Shown piece by piece: positions 1 to 12,680 of a stretch of 64,000 bases of DNA. Within the stretch, counting starts at the first letter, position 1. Every line of letters starts with the position of its first letter. The translations under genes were made by a program, and so were the position numbers. Source of the DNA: Eledone cirrhosa (taxonomy: Eukaryota); contig OZ024741.1 of the NCBI GenBank assembly GCA_964016885.1, forward strand, positions 235,042,001 to 235,106,000. The letters run 5' to 3'. The notes beneath the pieces are model-generated. The model had not been told where the DNA came from. It made no database searches and saw nothing but the letters and a program-made list of their open reading frames with translations.

Positions 1-179
1 TTTAACGATAGTTATAGCTCTGATTTATCTGAATTATTGAGCCCTCTGCCGCTCATTTCGAATTTTGTTTATCGTGAACTCGTGCGCCGATTTTTCGATA
101 CTCGATTATTCTACTATATATATATATATATAGTGACGAAACATAAGTCAATTGCATGAACTCATATATATATATATAT

Positions 180-563
180 AATAGAAAAAACGAGGAAGTT
201 TCGTTTACATATAAAAAATATCTATTGTGTATCGACTTGTTACGCGCGTTCCGCAGAGGATTGGTTCAAGGTAACCCATAACAGTTATGGACCCGACTCC
301 ACTATTGATCTGCTCCTTTTATATGTATATTCCATGTATATTCTGTACATTCTGATTTCGCCAGCCTCCACTCTGCTTGCCTCAGGTTGTATCCATTCTC
401 GTCTTTTCCTTGGACAATCTCTCGCTTTCTTTAGAGGTAACGCTTTCTCCAAGCTGTCCGTTGGGATCACGAGACGGCTGGCATCTGGGGTTCTGCAGGC
501 CAGGGAGCATTCTTCGATGTCCAGACATATATCACAGACGCAGCGATATATATGTTTACATCA
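180..563 (-). mobile_element. Possible solo-LTR-like repeat flanked by (TA)n
   Basis: The minus strand starts TGATGTAAAC, contains TATAAAAGG, and ends in an AT-rich terminus next to (TA)n. It has no coding capacity and the family is not identified. Confidence 0.3.
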
Positions 564-1079
564 CATGACCATGAATACCTCTCGTACTACCCCATCTACA
601 TTTGTGGAATGTCGAGATGAGATTTGCAGCGTGGGCAAAGGAAGGGTTGTAAGCAGTGGTGACTGGATAACAGTGGTGGCGATATTGGCGACGGTGTGGT
701 CGCTGTGACGATGGTGGAGGCGTTGGTCGCTGTTGCAGTGGTGGTTGCGGCAATGGAGGCAATGACGATGGTGGTGGCGATGGCAGTGACGAAGATAGAC
801 CTTTTAGTGATGTGTAGGATGGTAGTGAGAGTGTTGATGATAGATGACGGTGATGGTGGTGATGATTGCAGAAGAGGTCAGTGGTAATGTGGATGGTGGT
901 GGCGGTAGTGATACTGGTAAAGGTGGCAGCAGTGAAGAATGCTCCCTGGCCTGCAGAACCCCAGATGCCAGCCGTCTCGTGATTGTGGTAGTGTTGTTGT
1001 TAGAAATGGAGAATGTAAGCAGTTTGGTTGGGATAAAGTACCCCAGGGAAACTTTTTTTGCATACTAAATATCAAAACG

Positions 1080-1364
1080 TGGAGGTACTTGGCCTAGTAG
1101 TAAGGGTGTTGGACTTACGATCGTAATGTCGTGGGTTCGATTCCTGGACCTGGTTGTGTGTTGTGTTCTTGAGCAAAACACATCATTTCACGTTGCTCCA
1201 GTATATTCAGCTGAAAATGAGTACCAGCAATAGTTGGTGGTTTAACCCTGCGATGGGCTGGTGTCCTGTCCAGAAGGAAGTTTTGTACTCTCAGTTACTT
1301 CACGTCACAGAAACCGAAATAAACACCGGCCTGAACAGTCTTTAGACTCGACACAGAGTTTAAC
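1080..1364 (+). mobile_element. tRNA-derived SINE (family S2)
   Basis: A-box-like TGGCCTAGTAG and B-box GGTTCGATTCC; body GTGTTCTTGAGCAA...TTTCACGTTGCTCCAG shared with 12405-12680 and ~46385-46490; flanking direct repeat TATCAAAACG. Confidence 0.8.
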
Positions 1365-1846
1365 TATCAAAACGATATGGTTTCATAAGTGTAATATAAT
1401 TAACTGAAAAACTTCGGTTAAACGAAATTATCCATGCAATTATAATTGATCAGCCCAAAACACCCTCCCGATGTGTTCACAATCTAAAAAACAAAAGAAC
1501 AAAACAGTAGTAAGTTAAGTCCAATAAATCCTATTTGCTGAAATGTTTGGAAAATATATACGATGCATGCAAATGGAATTAAATCTTGTCTTTAAAGTCA
1601 ACCCATAAAAACAATGGTTATATTTCGGCCTCGATAGGACTCATCAATGAAACAACATATTTTACTCAACAGGCATCCGCGAGGAGAGATGGTACAGACC
1701 AGTTCCTGTCAAATGTATGTATGTATGTATGTATGTATGTATGTATGTATGTATGTATGTATGTATGTATGTATATATGTATATGTATGTATGTATGTAT
1801 GTATGTGTGTATGTATGTTTGTATGTATGTGTGTATGTATGTATGT

Positions 1847-2980
<1,134 letters not shown>

Positions 2981-3000
2981 ATGTATGTATGTATGTATGT

Positions 3001-5893
3001 AGAACAAATTCAAGACCACATGGATGCATCCTGCATCTAAGGAATGGCATCTTTTGGACTACGTCCTAGTCAGGATGCGTGACAGACAGGATGTGCAGTG
3101 TATTCGTGCTCTTCGTGGAGCTGAGTGTTGGACGGACCACCGCCTGGTACGCGCAAAAATGAAACTAATCACTAAACGTAAAATCCGGGCTCCTGGTGTT
3201 GCCCTGCCCAAAATATTGAATGCTGCTCGTCTTAAGGACAAACATGTGAAGAGGACATTGCAAGAAGAGATGCAGGTTGCAGATCTTGGTGAGGATTGGT
3301 CGACCCTTAAAAGGTCGGTTTATGATGTAGACAGGCGTGTTCTGGGATTGGTGCAGAGAAAACATCAGGACCGGTTTAATGAGAATGATGTACATATAGA
3401 AGACTTGTTGGCTGATAAGATGCGTGCTCTGTCACGCTGCTAGACGGCAAAAGCACAGGATAGGAATACGTTGCATGAGGAACTCAAGGATGTAAAATCA
3501 CGTGTTAGGCGGAGTCTTTCTCAGATGAAGGATCAGTGGTGGAGTGAGAAGGTTGATGAGATACAAACTGCGTCAGATTCCAATAACACATAGCTGTTGT
3601 ACAGTCTCTTGCGTGAAGTTTATGGACCGTCTTCTTCTCTGGTGACACCGCTTCGCAGCAAGGATGGCAAATAACTTCTTCGTGACTCACAAGGAATTCT
3701 ACGAAGGTGGTGAGAGCACTTTGATGATCTTTTGAATCAGCCATCTGTCGTCAATGAAGATTCCTCAATCTCATTCCAGAAAGTCCTGTGAAAGTAGCTC
3801 TCGCAGGACCTTCGACGCTTGTGGAGGTTGCAGTGGCTATCTCGAAGCTGAACAGTGGAAGGTCTCCAGGTATGGATGGCATACATGCTGAGCTCCTACA
3901 ATATGGTGGTGAGACTCCTGCAACATCTTCACTCTTTGTTTGGCAGGGTATGGGCTAATGAATCCGTACCTGAGGACTGGAGAGATGCAGTAATGGTGGT
4001 CTTGTACAAGGGAAAGGGTAACAGGAATGATTGTGGGAACTACAGAGGTATATCATTGCTTTCTGTCGTAGGGAAAGTTTTATGTAGGGTACTTCTGGAC
4101 CGTATGCTGACACATTGCAGATTGTGTTCTTCCTGAAAGTCAATCTGGTTTTCGTGCTGGACGCGGCACTACTGATATGATCTTCTCAGCTAGACAGCTC
4201 CAGGAGAAGTGCATGGAACAAGGTTTGGATCTGTATCAGGTTTTTGTCGACCTGACAAAAGCTTTCGATACTGTTAACAGAAATGCATTATGGAAGGTTC
4301 TCCAGAAACTTGGTTGCCCTGATAAGTTCGTTACTTTAGTTAGGTCTTTCCATGACGACATGAAGGCTTGGGTTAATGTCGGAGGTAACATGTCGGAGCC
4401 TATCTCAGTAAAAAATGGAGTGAAACAGGGTGATATTCCAACACCGACTCTGCCATATACTTTGCAATGGTTTTCTGTATTGCATTCAGGAATTGCGAGC
4501 ATGGTGTTTACATCCGATATCGAACCTCAGGCAGCATATTTAACATCAGGCGCTTTGCTGCAAAGACAAAAGTATTTACATCAATCATAAGAGACCTCTT
4601 GTATGCAGATGATTGCGATTTTGTAGCGCACACAGAGAGTGATATGCAGCACATTTTGAATGCATTTTCTGACGCTTGCACTGCCCTAGGATTGACTGTC
4701 AGTCTCAAGAAAACCGTCAAGTACCAACCTGCCCCTGGTAAGCAGTACAGTGAACCAAATATCTATGTGTATGGTAAACGACTTGGAGTGGTTGACCAGT
4801 TTGTCTACCTGGGAAGCACTGTCAATCGATACAGCAACCTTGATAGTGAAATCTCACTTAGGATTAGGAAAGCAAATGATGCTTTCGGAAAGCTAGAAAG
4901 GTGACTCTGGGGTCGGCGAGACATATGCAAGAAGACAAAGGTAAAGGTATACAAGGCATGTGTGCTCTCTTCTCTTCTTTATGACTGCGAGACCTGGGTC
5001 ACATCTCGACACCACCTTAAGCAATTGGAGCGTTTCCATCAGATGTGTCTCAGACAGATCCATGGCGTTCACTGGAGGGACCACATCAATGATGTCGAGA
5101 TTTTGGAAAGCTCTATGTGTGACAGTATAGAAGCTCTTGTGCTTAAGCAACGACTCCGTTGGAGTGGTCACCTTGCCAGGATGAAGGATTCTAGAATACC
5201 AAAACAACTCTTTTATGGAGAGTTAGTTAAAGAAAAACGACCGCCACATAAACCAAAAAAGAGGTATAAGGATTCCTTGAAAGCCTCTTTGAAAGACGCT
5301 AACATCTCTGCTGATACATGGGAAAATATTGCTGCTGATCGTAATAAATGGAGAAAGACTGTATATGAGGGAAAAGTTGCCTTTGAGGCATCTCGAATCG
5401 CATACGAGAAAGTAAAGCGGGATGTGAGGAAGGGCATTGCTGTTGCACTTCCAGACGGCGAGGGTCCTCCTATGGTGCTGACATGCAGCGTCTGTGCGAG
5501 ACTCTACCTAAGCAAAGCTGGACTCGAAAGTCATCTTCGCAGTCATAAAGTAAGACCAGTGGTTGACTACCGGGCTGCTGTTGGAGATGCTACTCATCAT
5601 GCTTGCCAAACATGTGGTAGAGAATGTAAATCAGCAGGAGGGCTCAAATGACATGCAAAAGTACACAAACTCCAACCACAGCCGGCTATTCCCAGTGAAT
5701 GTTTTGGCTGCCGACTCTGTGCAAGACATTTTAGATCATTGGCTGGGCTAAAAAGCCACATTCGATCGCAGCGCTGTTAGTTGCTATCGTGTGTGTGTAT
5801 AGATGTTTATGTGTGTGCGTGTGTGTATATATATATATATGTATATTATTATTGTCGTTGTTGTCGTTATTATTATTATTGTTGTTATTAATA

Positions 5894-5934
<41 letters not shown>

Positions 5935-5975
5935 TCGTGCAATGGCCATACTCGATAACGAGGGGGCAGCCATCA
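3001..5975 (+). mobile_element. 5'-truncated RTE-clade LINE; frameshifted APE-RT pseudogene with three C-terminal C2H2 fingers
   Basis: APE end (WHLLDYVLVR, TDHRLV); RT motifs YRGISLLSVVGK, FVDLTKAFDTV, GVKQG, LLYADD, FVYLGS; RLRWSGHLARM; C2H2 fingers ~5480-5780; several stops and frameshifts; (ATGT)n tail. Confidence 0.93.
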
Positions 5976-5998
5976 TGTATGTATGTATGTATGTATGT

Positions 5999-6672
5999 CG
6001 GGTCACTCTTGAGTGCTACTGGTAACATGTAACCCAGTACAACCTGTTGCATCGTCGGGTCGTCGGCGACTAAACCGGCAACCCCACCAAGTTTACTTGG
6101 TGAGGAGGGTGATTTTGGACACCCTGCAGGACTAAAAAAACAAAACCTGACAAAGGGCGGAAGAATTCATAAGAGTCAGCGGCCATCCAAAAATGTGTAA
6201 ATATGTATATACATGTATGCATGTGTATATATGTGTATATGTATATATGTATATACATATATACATGTGTATGTATATGCGCATGTATATATGTATATAC
6301 ATATATACATGTGTATGTATATGCGCGGGGAAATAGAAATAATCGGGCTGTACACCCGATCGCGTGGTTAAACCACTGGGTGTGAAGGACCCCTAGCCTT
6401 TGTCAGGGCATTCTTCTAGGAGAAGGCAACTCAGGAAACTGGAGTAACTCTGATATAAAACCTGCGGCTCAGTAGTTACTGATGATGTTGATCTTTTCTT
6501 CTTTTCGGGTTATAGCTACTGTCGCTCAGAGAGTGGGATTGGTTCAGTGCACAGTCTTTCCTCACTTTAAAATATATCTTCACGCACAGGCATTGCATGA
6601 TAGAATTAATTGATAATTATCAATAATGTTATATCGTGCAATGGCCATACTCGATAACGAGGGGGCAGCCAT
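5999..6672 (+). mobile_element. Short non-autonomous RTE-dependent element, copy C (internal TATG/TA microsatellite ~6200-6321)
   Basis: Same 5' module as copies A and D. The 3' end TCGTGCAATGGCCATACTCGATAACGAGGGGGCAGCCATC is identical to the RTE LINE end. Confidence 0.75.
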
Positions 6673-6688
6673 CACATATGTATGTATG

Positions 6689-7216
6689 TCAGGTCACTCT
6701 TGAGTGCTACTGGTAACATGTAACCCAGTACAACTTGTCTCATGGTCGGGTCGTCGGTGACTAAACTGGCAACTCCACCAAGCTTGCTTGGTGAGGGGGG
6801 GTCATATTTGGACACCCAGTGGGATGAAATACAAGACCCGGCGAAGGGCGGAGGAAATCAGCAGGGTCAACGGCCATCCAAATAGTAATTTTTTTTTATT
6901 CATCTGGGAGTGAAAGTCCCCAGTTATTGTGACAACACCTTTCTAAGAGTGGGAAACTCTGCAAAAAAAAACCTGCGGCTTCGGAAGCATCCGATGATGT
7001 TGACCAGTTCTCCTTTTCGGGTAGTGTTTTTGATGCTCAGAGGGTGGCATTGGTCGAGTGCAAGGCCTTTCCTCACTTAAAAAAACCTTCAAAGCAGAGG
7101 CATTGCTTGTTCAGGTTATGTTACAGGTTCATATGGCTGGCCGTAGCCTAAAAGTGTACCATTTTCTGTAATCTGACAAGCGATTGCAATAATCTTAGCA
7201 GAGTTTGCAGCCATCA
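6689..7216 (+). mobile_element. Short non-autonomous RTE-dependent element, copy D (more diverged)
   Basis: Same 5' module and homologous body; ends GCAGCCATC(ATGT)n. Confidence 0.7.
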
Positions 7217-7326
7217 TGTATGTATGTAGGGTTGTATGTATGTGTGCATGTATGTATATTTGTTTATATATATATATATATTCTTCTGAGTTTTGGCTTG
7301 TTCTGGCCGTTAATGCTTCTTGTCAA

Positions 7327-7381
7327 TTTACTTGTCCTGATGAGTCCTTATTAATGGGACGAAACATTGTAGGCTAATAAA
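7327..7381 (+). ncRNA. Minimal type I hammerhead ribozyme (Penelope-type)
   Basis: Core CTGATGA (7337-7343), stem II GTCC/GGAC, GAAA, near-palindromic stem III ACA-T-TGT, GTA cleavage triplet (cut after 7371), imperfect stem I TTTACTTGTC/GGCTAATAAA. Confidence 0.75.
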
Positions 7382-7521
7382 GACTTTTGATGTATTGAAG
7401 GCTTCTTTGTTTATTTTTATAATTTTTCGGCTCTGTTGTATTACATTGAGCTATATCTTATACTATCATTCCTATAATACGACGAGTGTGTTTTACTCCA
7501 ACGCACTCTAGTATTTTAATT

Positions 7522-7578
<57 letters not shown>

Positions 7579-7639
7579 GTGGAACACTGGAAGGTAATAT
7601 CCGTAGTGGTAGAGCACTCAGTCCATGGGACGAGTTAGG

Positions 7640-7746
7640 TAGAAGTGGTTACACAACAGTTAGTTCACCATACAGAGAACAATTGTTTCACCGCTATGGT
7701 GAAAAAATTGTTCTCGTTTATGGTGAACTAACTGTTGTATAACCAC

Positions 7747-7751
<5 letters not shown>
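7640..7751. repeat. Near-perfect ~112-bp palindrome (foldback or MITE-like)
   Basis: Arm TAGAAGTGGTTACACAACAGTTAGTTCACCATACAGAGAACAATTGTTTCACC matches the reverse complement of the second arm with about 4 differences; 3-5 nt loop. Confidence 0.9.
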
Positions 7752-7813
<62 letters not shown>

Positions 7814-8123
7814 AACGAAACCCAAGGGTAGGGACATGATCCTGGTATGTATATAAGCATTTCTAACTTTAATTTTATACCTAATTGTGTATGGTTGACC
7901 GTATATTGAATCAATTTCCACGTGCTGTTGAAATGTTGGGTAAACACTCTATAGCGGTTGGCTGCGAAGAGATTGCTATCGTCTATTTATTTACTATTTC
8001 TTCATAGGTGTCTTTTAATCTTATAGCCTGGTCTAATTGATTTTTTGTGTGGTTAATTATGCTAATTGGGAGAGGAAATGGTGTACATATATTATCAAAT
8101 GATTCTATGGACATGCTTTATAG

Positions 8124-8198
<75 letters not shown>

Positions 8199-8797
8199 GT
8201 GTGTATCTGTGTGTGCATCTGTGTATGTGTATCTGTGTGTGTAGAGAGGGAGATACACAGCACCTTCAGGTCTCTGAGGAGGCGGGGGTGGGATTGTGGA
8301 GGGTGAGGTTATTGAATGACCTCCCAGGGAGTTTTTGTCTCTTGACTGCATGGATAATGTCAGTTTACCGAAGTTTTGCAACTTACTGTATTGCACATGA
8401 AAGACCCTACTGGCTCAGTATGCTAGCAGTCACATAACTCTGTTTTTTCCATGTGGATGGCGTTGCTAGGCAATTCCCCTCAGTCATTATATCACACCAA
8501 CTGATGTACATTTCTGGTACATCTATATAGTAATACCATATTACTAGATTTGGCGAATATTTGAAAAGTTTATGTTACGCCGATGAGGTCTAATCAGCCT
8601 GAAACATGTCTATTGCTGCCAAGATAACTTTGAATTAATATCAGTAGCCAGGCTGATGTTTTCTGCTTTCTGATTACATCCGTACTTTTAATTTATTTTT
8701 ACTAAAGATTTGGGAATTATTTTCCTTTTACCTTGACTACATTGCATTAATAATCACTGAGCCCGTTTCCCTCTCATCATCGCAAAAGTAATTTTAG

Positions 8798-9147
8798 TTA
8801 CCGTATGTACTCACAGATAAGTCGCATTTTTCTTTTTACTAAAATAACATCTGGTACAAAATGTGGCCATGCGACTTGTCTACCCAACTTTTCTCTGGAC
8901 TTGAAATATTGAATAATTGCACAAGGCCTACAATTTTGAGTAAGAAGAAAGACAATTATACCGATTGTAGTATTTTACTGGTACTTTATTTTATCGACCC
9001 CAGAATAATAAATGGCAAAGTTGACTTCGGTGGTATTTTAAACCAGAACGAAAAATTGCAATACAGTTCATCCGAGGCACTAACAATCCTGCCATTCCGC
9101 ACAAACGGGGTGCGGCTTATCTACCGGCGCAAATTATACACGAGTAA
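8798..9147. mobile_element. Possible pogo/Tigger-like MITE remnant with an internal degenerate S1 SINE
   Basis: Left end TACCGTATGTACTCACAGATAAG and right end GCGGCTTAT...TTATACACGAGTAA are partly inverted. The SINE core GGTACTTTATTTTATCGACCC lies at ~8980. Confidence 0.35.
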
Positions 9148-9447
9148 CTCAAATTTCTTTTGCTCACTGATTCTAATATTGTTCCATGTGACCGGCGGGC
9201 CTAGTGTACAAGTCAATCCCTAAGCTGATGTTTTCATTACCTCACTGCATGCCTAATCATAATTTTAATTTATTCAAATATCGGAGTGGTCTCCCCCTCT
9301 ATATTGATCAGATTTAATTTACAATAGGTCATTGAACCTATTCCGAATCCTCGCGACAGACAACAACAATAACAACTAAAAAAAACTGCAACAACAACAA
9401 ATATACAATAACAGCAACAGCAACAATAATAATAACAACAACAATAA

Positions 9448-10025
9448 TAATTGTTTCTGATTTAGGCACAAGGTCAACAATTTTAAGGGAGGGCAGAATC
9501 GATTAAATTGACCTCAATGCGTTACTGGTACTTTATTTTATCGACCCAGGAAGGATGAAAGGCAAAGCTAAAATTGGCGAGATTTGAACTCAGAACATAA
9601 GGGGCCGTTATTATCTGCCGCAAAACATGCTGTTGAACGCTCTACTGGTACTGTCAATCCACTGCCTTTAATAATAATTGTTTCTACGTTTGGCACAACA
9701 AGGCCAGCAATTATCCCAGTGAATTACTGGTACTTTATTTTATCGACCCCGTAAGGATGAAAGGCAAAGTTAACCTCGGCGGGTTTTGAACTCAGACCGA
9801 AAAGGGCCGAAACTCAATGCTGTAAAGCATGGTGTCTGACCCTTTGATTTCTAGTATAGGCATAAGGCCAGTAATTTGGGGAGAGGGGGAAGTCGATTAA
9901 ATCGACCGCAGTGCAATGCTGGTACTTTATTTTATTGACCCCGCATGGATGAAAGGCAAAGCTAACCTCCACGGGATTTGAACTCAAAACGTAAAGATCC
10001 ATAACTCTATGCTGCAAAGCATGAT
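9448..10025 (-). mobile_element. Three tandem tRNA-derived SINEs (family S1)
   Basis: Three repeats of the core CTGGTACTTTATTTTAT(C/T)GACCC..GGATGAAAGGCAAAG..TTTGAACTCA; the B box GAGTTCAAA is on the minus strand. Confidence 0.85.
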
Positions 10026-10247
10026 AACAAGTGTTTTAAGCAGATTTTCCTTGCTAATGTTGGAGTGGGTTTTGCAGGGCCCCCATGACGAGTTTCATAT
10101 AACCATGGGGTCATTATTGGGGCAATGTTTTATGGGTGGATTCCCTTTCTGACACCAAGCCTTTTGGTCGCCTCACACAACACACACATTCTAGATCATA
10201 TACACGCAGGAGCTCATTGCAAAACACGTTTGAATTGAATCATCTTT

Positions 10248-12000
10248 CTGGTGATGGTGATGCTTGTGGTGCTGGTGGTGGTGGTGGTGGTGGTGGTGGT
10301 GATGCTGGTGGTGGTGGTGGTGGTGGTGGTGGTGGTGATGCTGGTGGTGGTGGTGGTGGTGGTGGTGGTGGTGGTGGTGGTGATGCTGCTGGTGGTGGTG
10401 GTGGTGGTGGTGGTGGTGATGCTGCTGGTGGTGGTGGTGGTGGTGGTGCTGGTGGTGGTGGTGGTGGTGGTGGTGGTGATGCTGCTGGTGGTGGTGGTGG
10501 TGGTGGTGGTGGTGATGCTGCTGGTGGTGGTGGTGATGGTGGTGATGGTGATGCTGCTGGTGGTGGTGGTGATGGTGGTGGTGGTGGTGATGATGGTGGT
10601 GGTGATGGTGGTGGTGGTGGTGATGATGTTAGTGCTGGTGGTGGTGGTGGTGGTGATGGTGGTGATGCTGATGGTAATGATGGTGGTAATGATGGTGGTG
10701 GTGATGGTGGTGATGGAGGTGGTGGTGGTGGTGGTGGTGGTGATGGAGATGGTGGTGGTGGTGGTGGTGGTGGTGATGGTGGTGGTGGTGGTGGTACTGG
10801 TAATGATAATGGTGATGATGGTGATGGAAATGATGGTGGTGATGATGGTCGTGGTGGTGGTGGTGGTGATGGTGGTGGTGATGGTGATGGTGGTGGTGGT
10901 GGTGATGATGATGGTGGTGGTGGTGGTGGTGGTGGTGGTGGTGATGGTACTGGTAATGATAATGGTGATGATGGTGATGGAAATGATGGTGGTGGTGATA
11001 GTGGTGGTGGTGGTGGTGGTGGTGATGGTGGTGGTGGTGGTGATGGTGATGGTACTGGTAATGATAATGGTAATGATGGTGGTGGTGTAAGTGATGGCAG
11101 TGGTGGTGGTGGTGATGGTGGTGGTGGTGGTGGTGGTGGTGGCGGTAGTGCTGGTGCTTGTGGTGATGGTGGAGGTGGTGATGATGGTGGTGGTGTAAGA
11201 GATGGCAGTGGTGGTAATGGTGGTGGTTGTGATGGTGGTAATGATGGTAGTGGTGATGGTGGTGGTGGTGGTGATGGTGGTGGTGGTGGTTGTGGTGGTA
11301 GTGGTTGTGGTGGTGTGGTGGTTATGGTGGTGGTGGTAGTGATGGTGGTGGTGATAGTGGTGGTAATGATGGTGGTGATGGTGGTGGTAGTGCTGGTGGT
11401 GGGTGTGGTGGTAGTGGTTGTGGTGGTGTGGTGGTGGTGTTGGTAGTGATGTTGGTGGTGGTGGTAATGATGGTGGTGGTGGTAATGATGGTGGTAATGA
11501 TGGTGGTAATGATGGTGGTGGTGGTGATGGTGGTGGTAGTGCTGACGGTGGGTGTGGTAGTAGTGGTTGTGGTGGTGTGGTGGTGGTGTTGGTAGTGATG
11601 TTGGTGGTGGTGGTGGTAATGATGGTAATGGTGGTGATGGTGGTGGTGGTAATGATGGTAATGGTGGTGATGATGATGTTAGTGCTGGTGGTGGTGGTTG
11701 TGGTGATAGTGGTTGTGGTGGCGTGGTGGTGGTCGCCGTTGTGGTAGTAGTGGTTGTGGTGGCGTGGTGGTGTGGTGGTAATGATGGTGGTGGTGATAGA
11801 GGTGGTAACGATGGTAGTGGTGGTGATGGTAGTGGTGGCAGTAGTCTTGATGGTGGTGATAGTGGTTGTGGTGAGGAGGTGGTGTTGAGGATGTAGATGG
11901 TGGTGGTTGCAGTGGGGGATACGCTCACGGAGGTAATGGTGATGGTGGTGTTAGGGATGGTGGGAGTGTTGTTTGTGGTGTTAGTATGCTGGTGATATTT
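10248..12000. repeat. (GGT)n-derived cryptic trinucleotide repeat domain
   Basis: Nearly all triplets are GGT or single-base variants (GAT, GCT, AGT, TGT). Confidence 0.95.
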
Positions 12001-12014
12001 TTGTTCTGTTATAT

Positions 12015-12395
12015 CAATAACTGTTTCTACTATTGGAACAAGGCCAGCAATTACCCAGTACATTACTGGTACTTTATTTTATCGACCCCCGTAAGGATGA
12101 AAGGTAAAGTTAACCTCGGTGGGATTTGAACTCAGAATGGCAAGGGCCGTAACTCTATGCGTCAAAACATGGCGTCCGACCCTCTACCGATACTGCCAAT
12201 TCACCGCCATTATTGGCAGTATCGGTAGAGGGTCGGACGCCATGCTTTCCAGCATAGTTACGTCCCTTTACGATCTGAGTTCAAATCCCGCCGAGGTTGA
12301 CTTTGCCTTTCATTCTTACGGGGTCGATAAAATAAAGTACCAGTAATGTACTGGGTAATTGCTGGCCTTGTGCCTAAAGTAGAAACAATTATTAT
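12015..12395. mobile_element. Two S1 SINEs head-to-head (minus ~12015-12208, plus ~12212-12395)
   Basis: A-box TGGCAGTATCGG, B-box GAGTTCAAATCC, core GCCTTTCAT.CTTACGGGGTCGATAAAATAAAGTACCAG and ATT tail are present on opposite strands. Confidence 0.9.
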
Positions 12396-12404
12396 ATCAA
12401 TAAT

Positions 12405-12680
12405 AAGGTGCATCGCTTAGTGGTTAGAGCGTCGGGCTTACAATCGTGAGGTTGTGAGTTCGATTCCCGGACTGGGATTTGCGTTGTGTTCTTGAGCAAG
12501 GCATTTTATTTCACGTTGCTCCAGTTTACTCAGCTGTAGAAATGAGTTGCAACGTCACTGGTGTTAAGCTGTATCAGCCTTTGCCTTTCCCTTGGAAAAC
12601 ATCGGACTTGTGCCTGGGAGGAGAATTTTCTAGGTGCAAATCCCATGGTCATTTATGACCGAAGGGGTTCTTTACCCTAC
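12405..12680 (+). mobile_element. tRNA-derived SINE (family S2)
   Basis: CGCTTAGTGGTTAGAGC and GAGTTCGATTCC boxes; body homologous to 1080-1364. Confidence 0.8.

Noticed and set aside
466-983. TIR transposon bounded by the 50-bp inverted repeats
   Set aside because: There is no TSD, the left arm is internal to a longer continuous sequence, and the interior is a patchwork.
1080-1160. Genuine tRNA genes at SINE heads (also ~12212, 12405, 63277)
   Set aside because: A/B boxes are present, but no complete cloverleaf was found and they run into SINE bodies with tails and TSDs.
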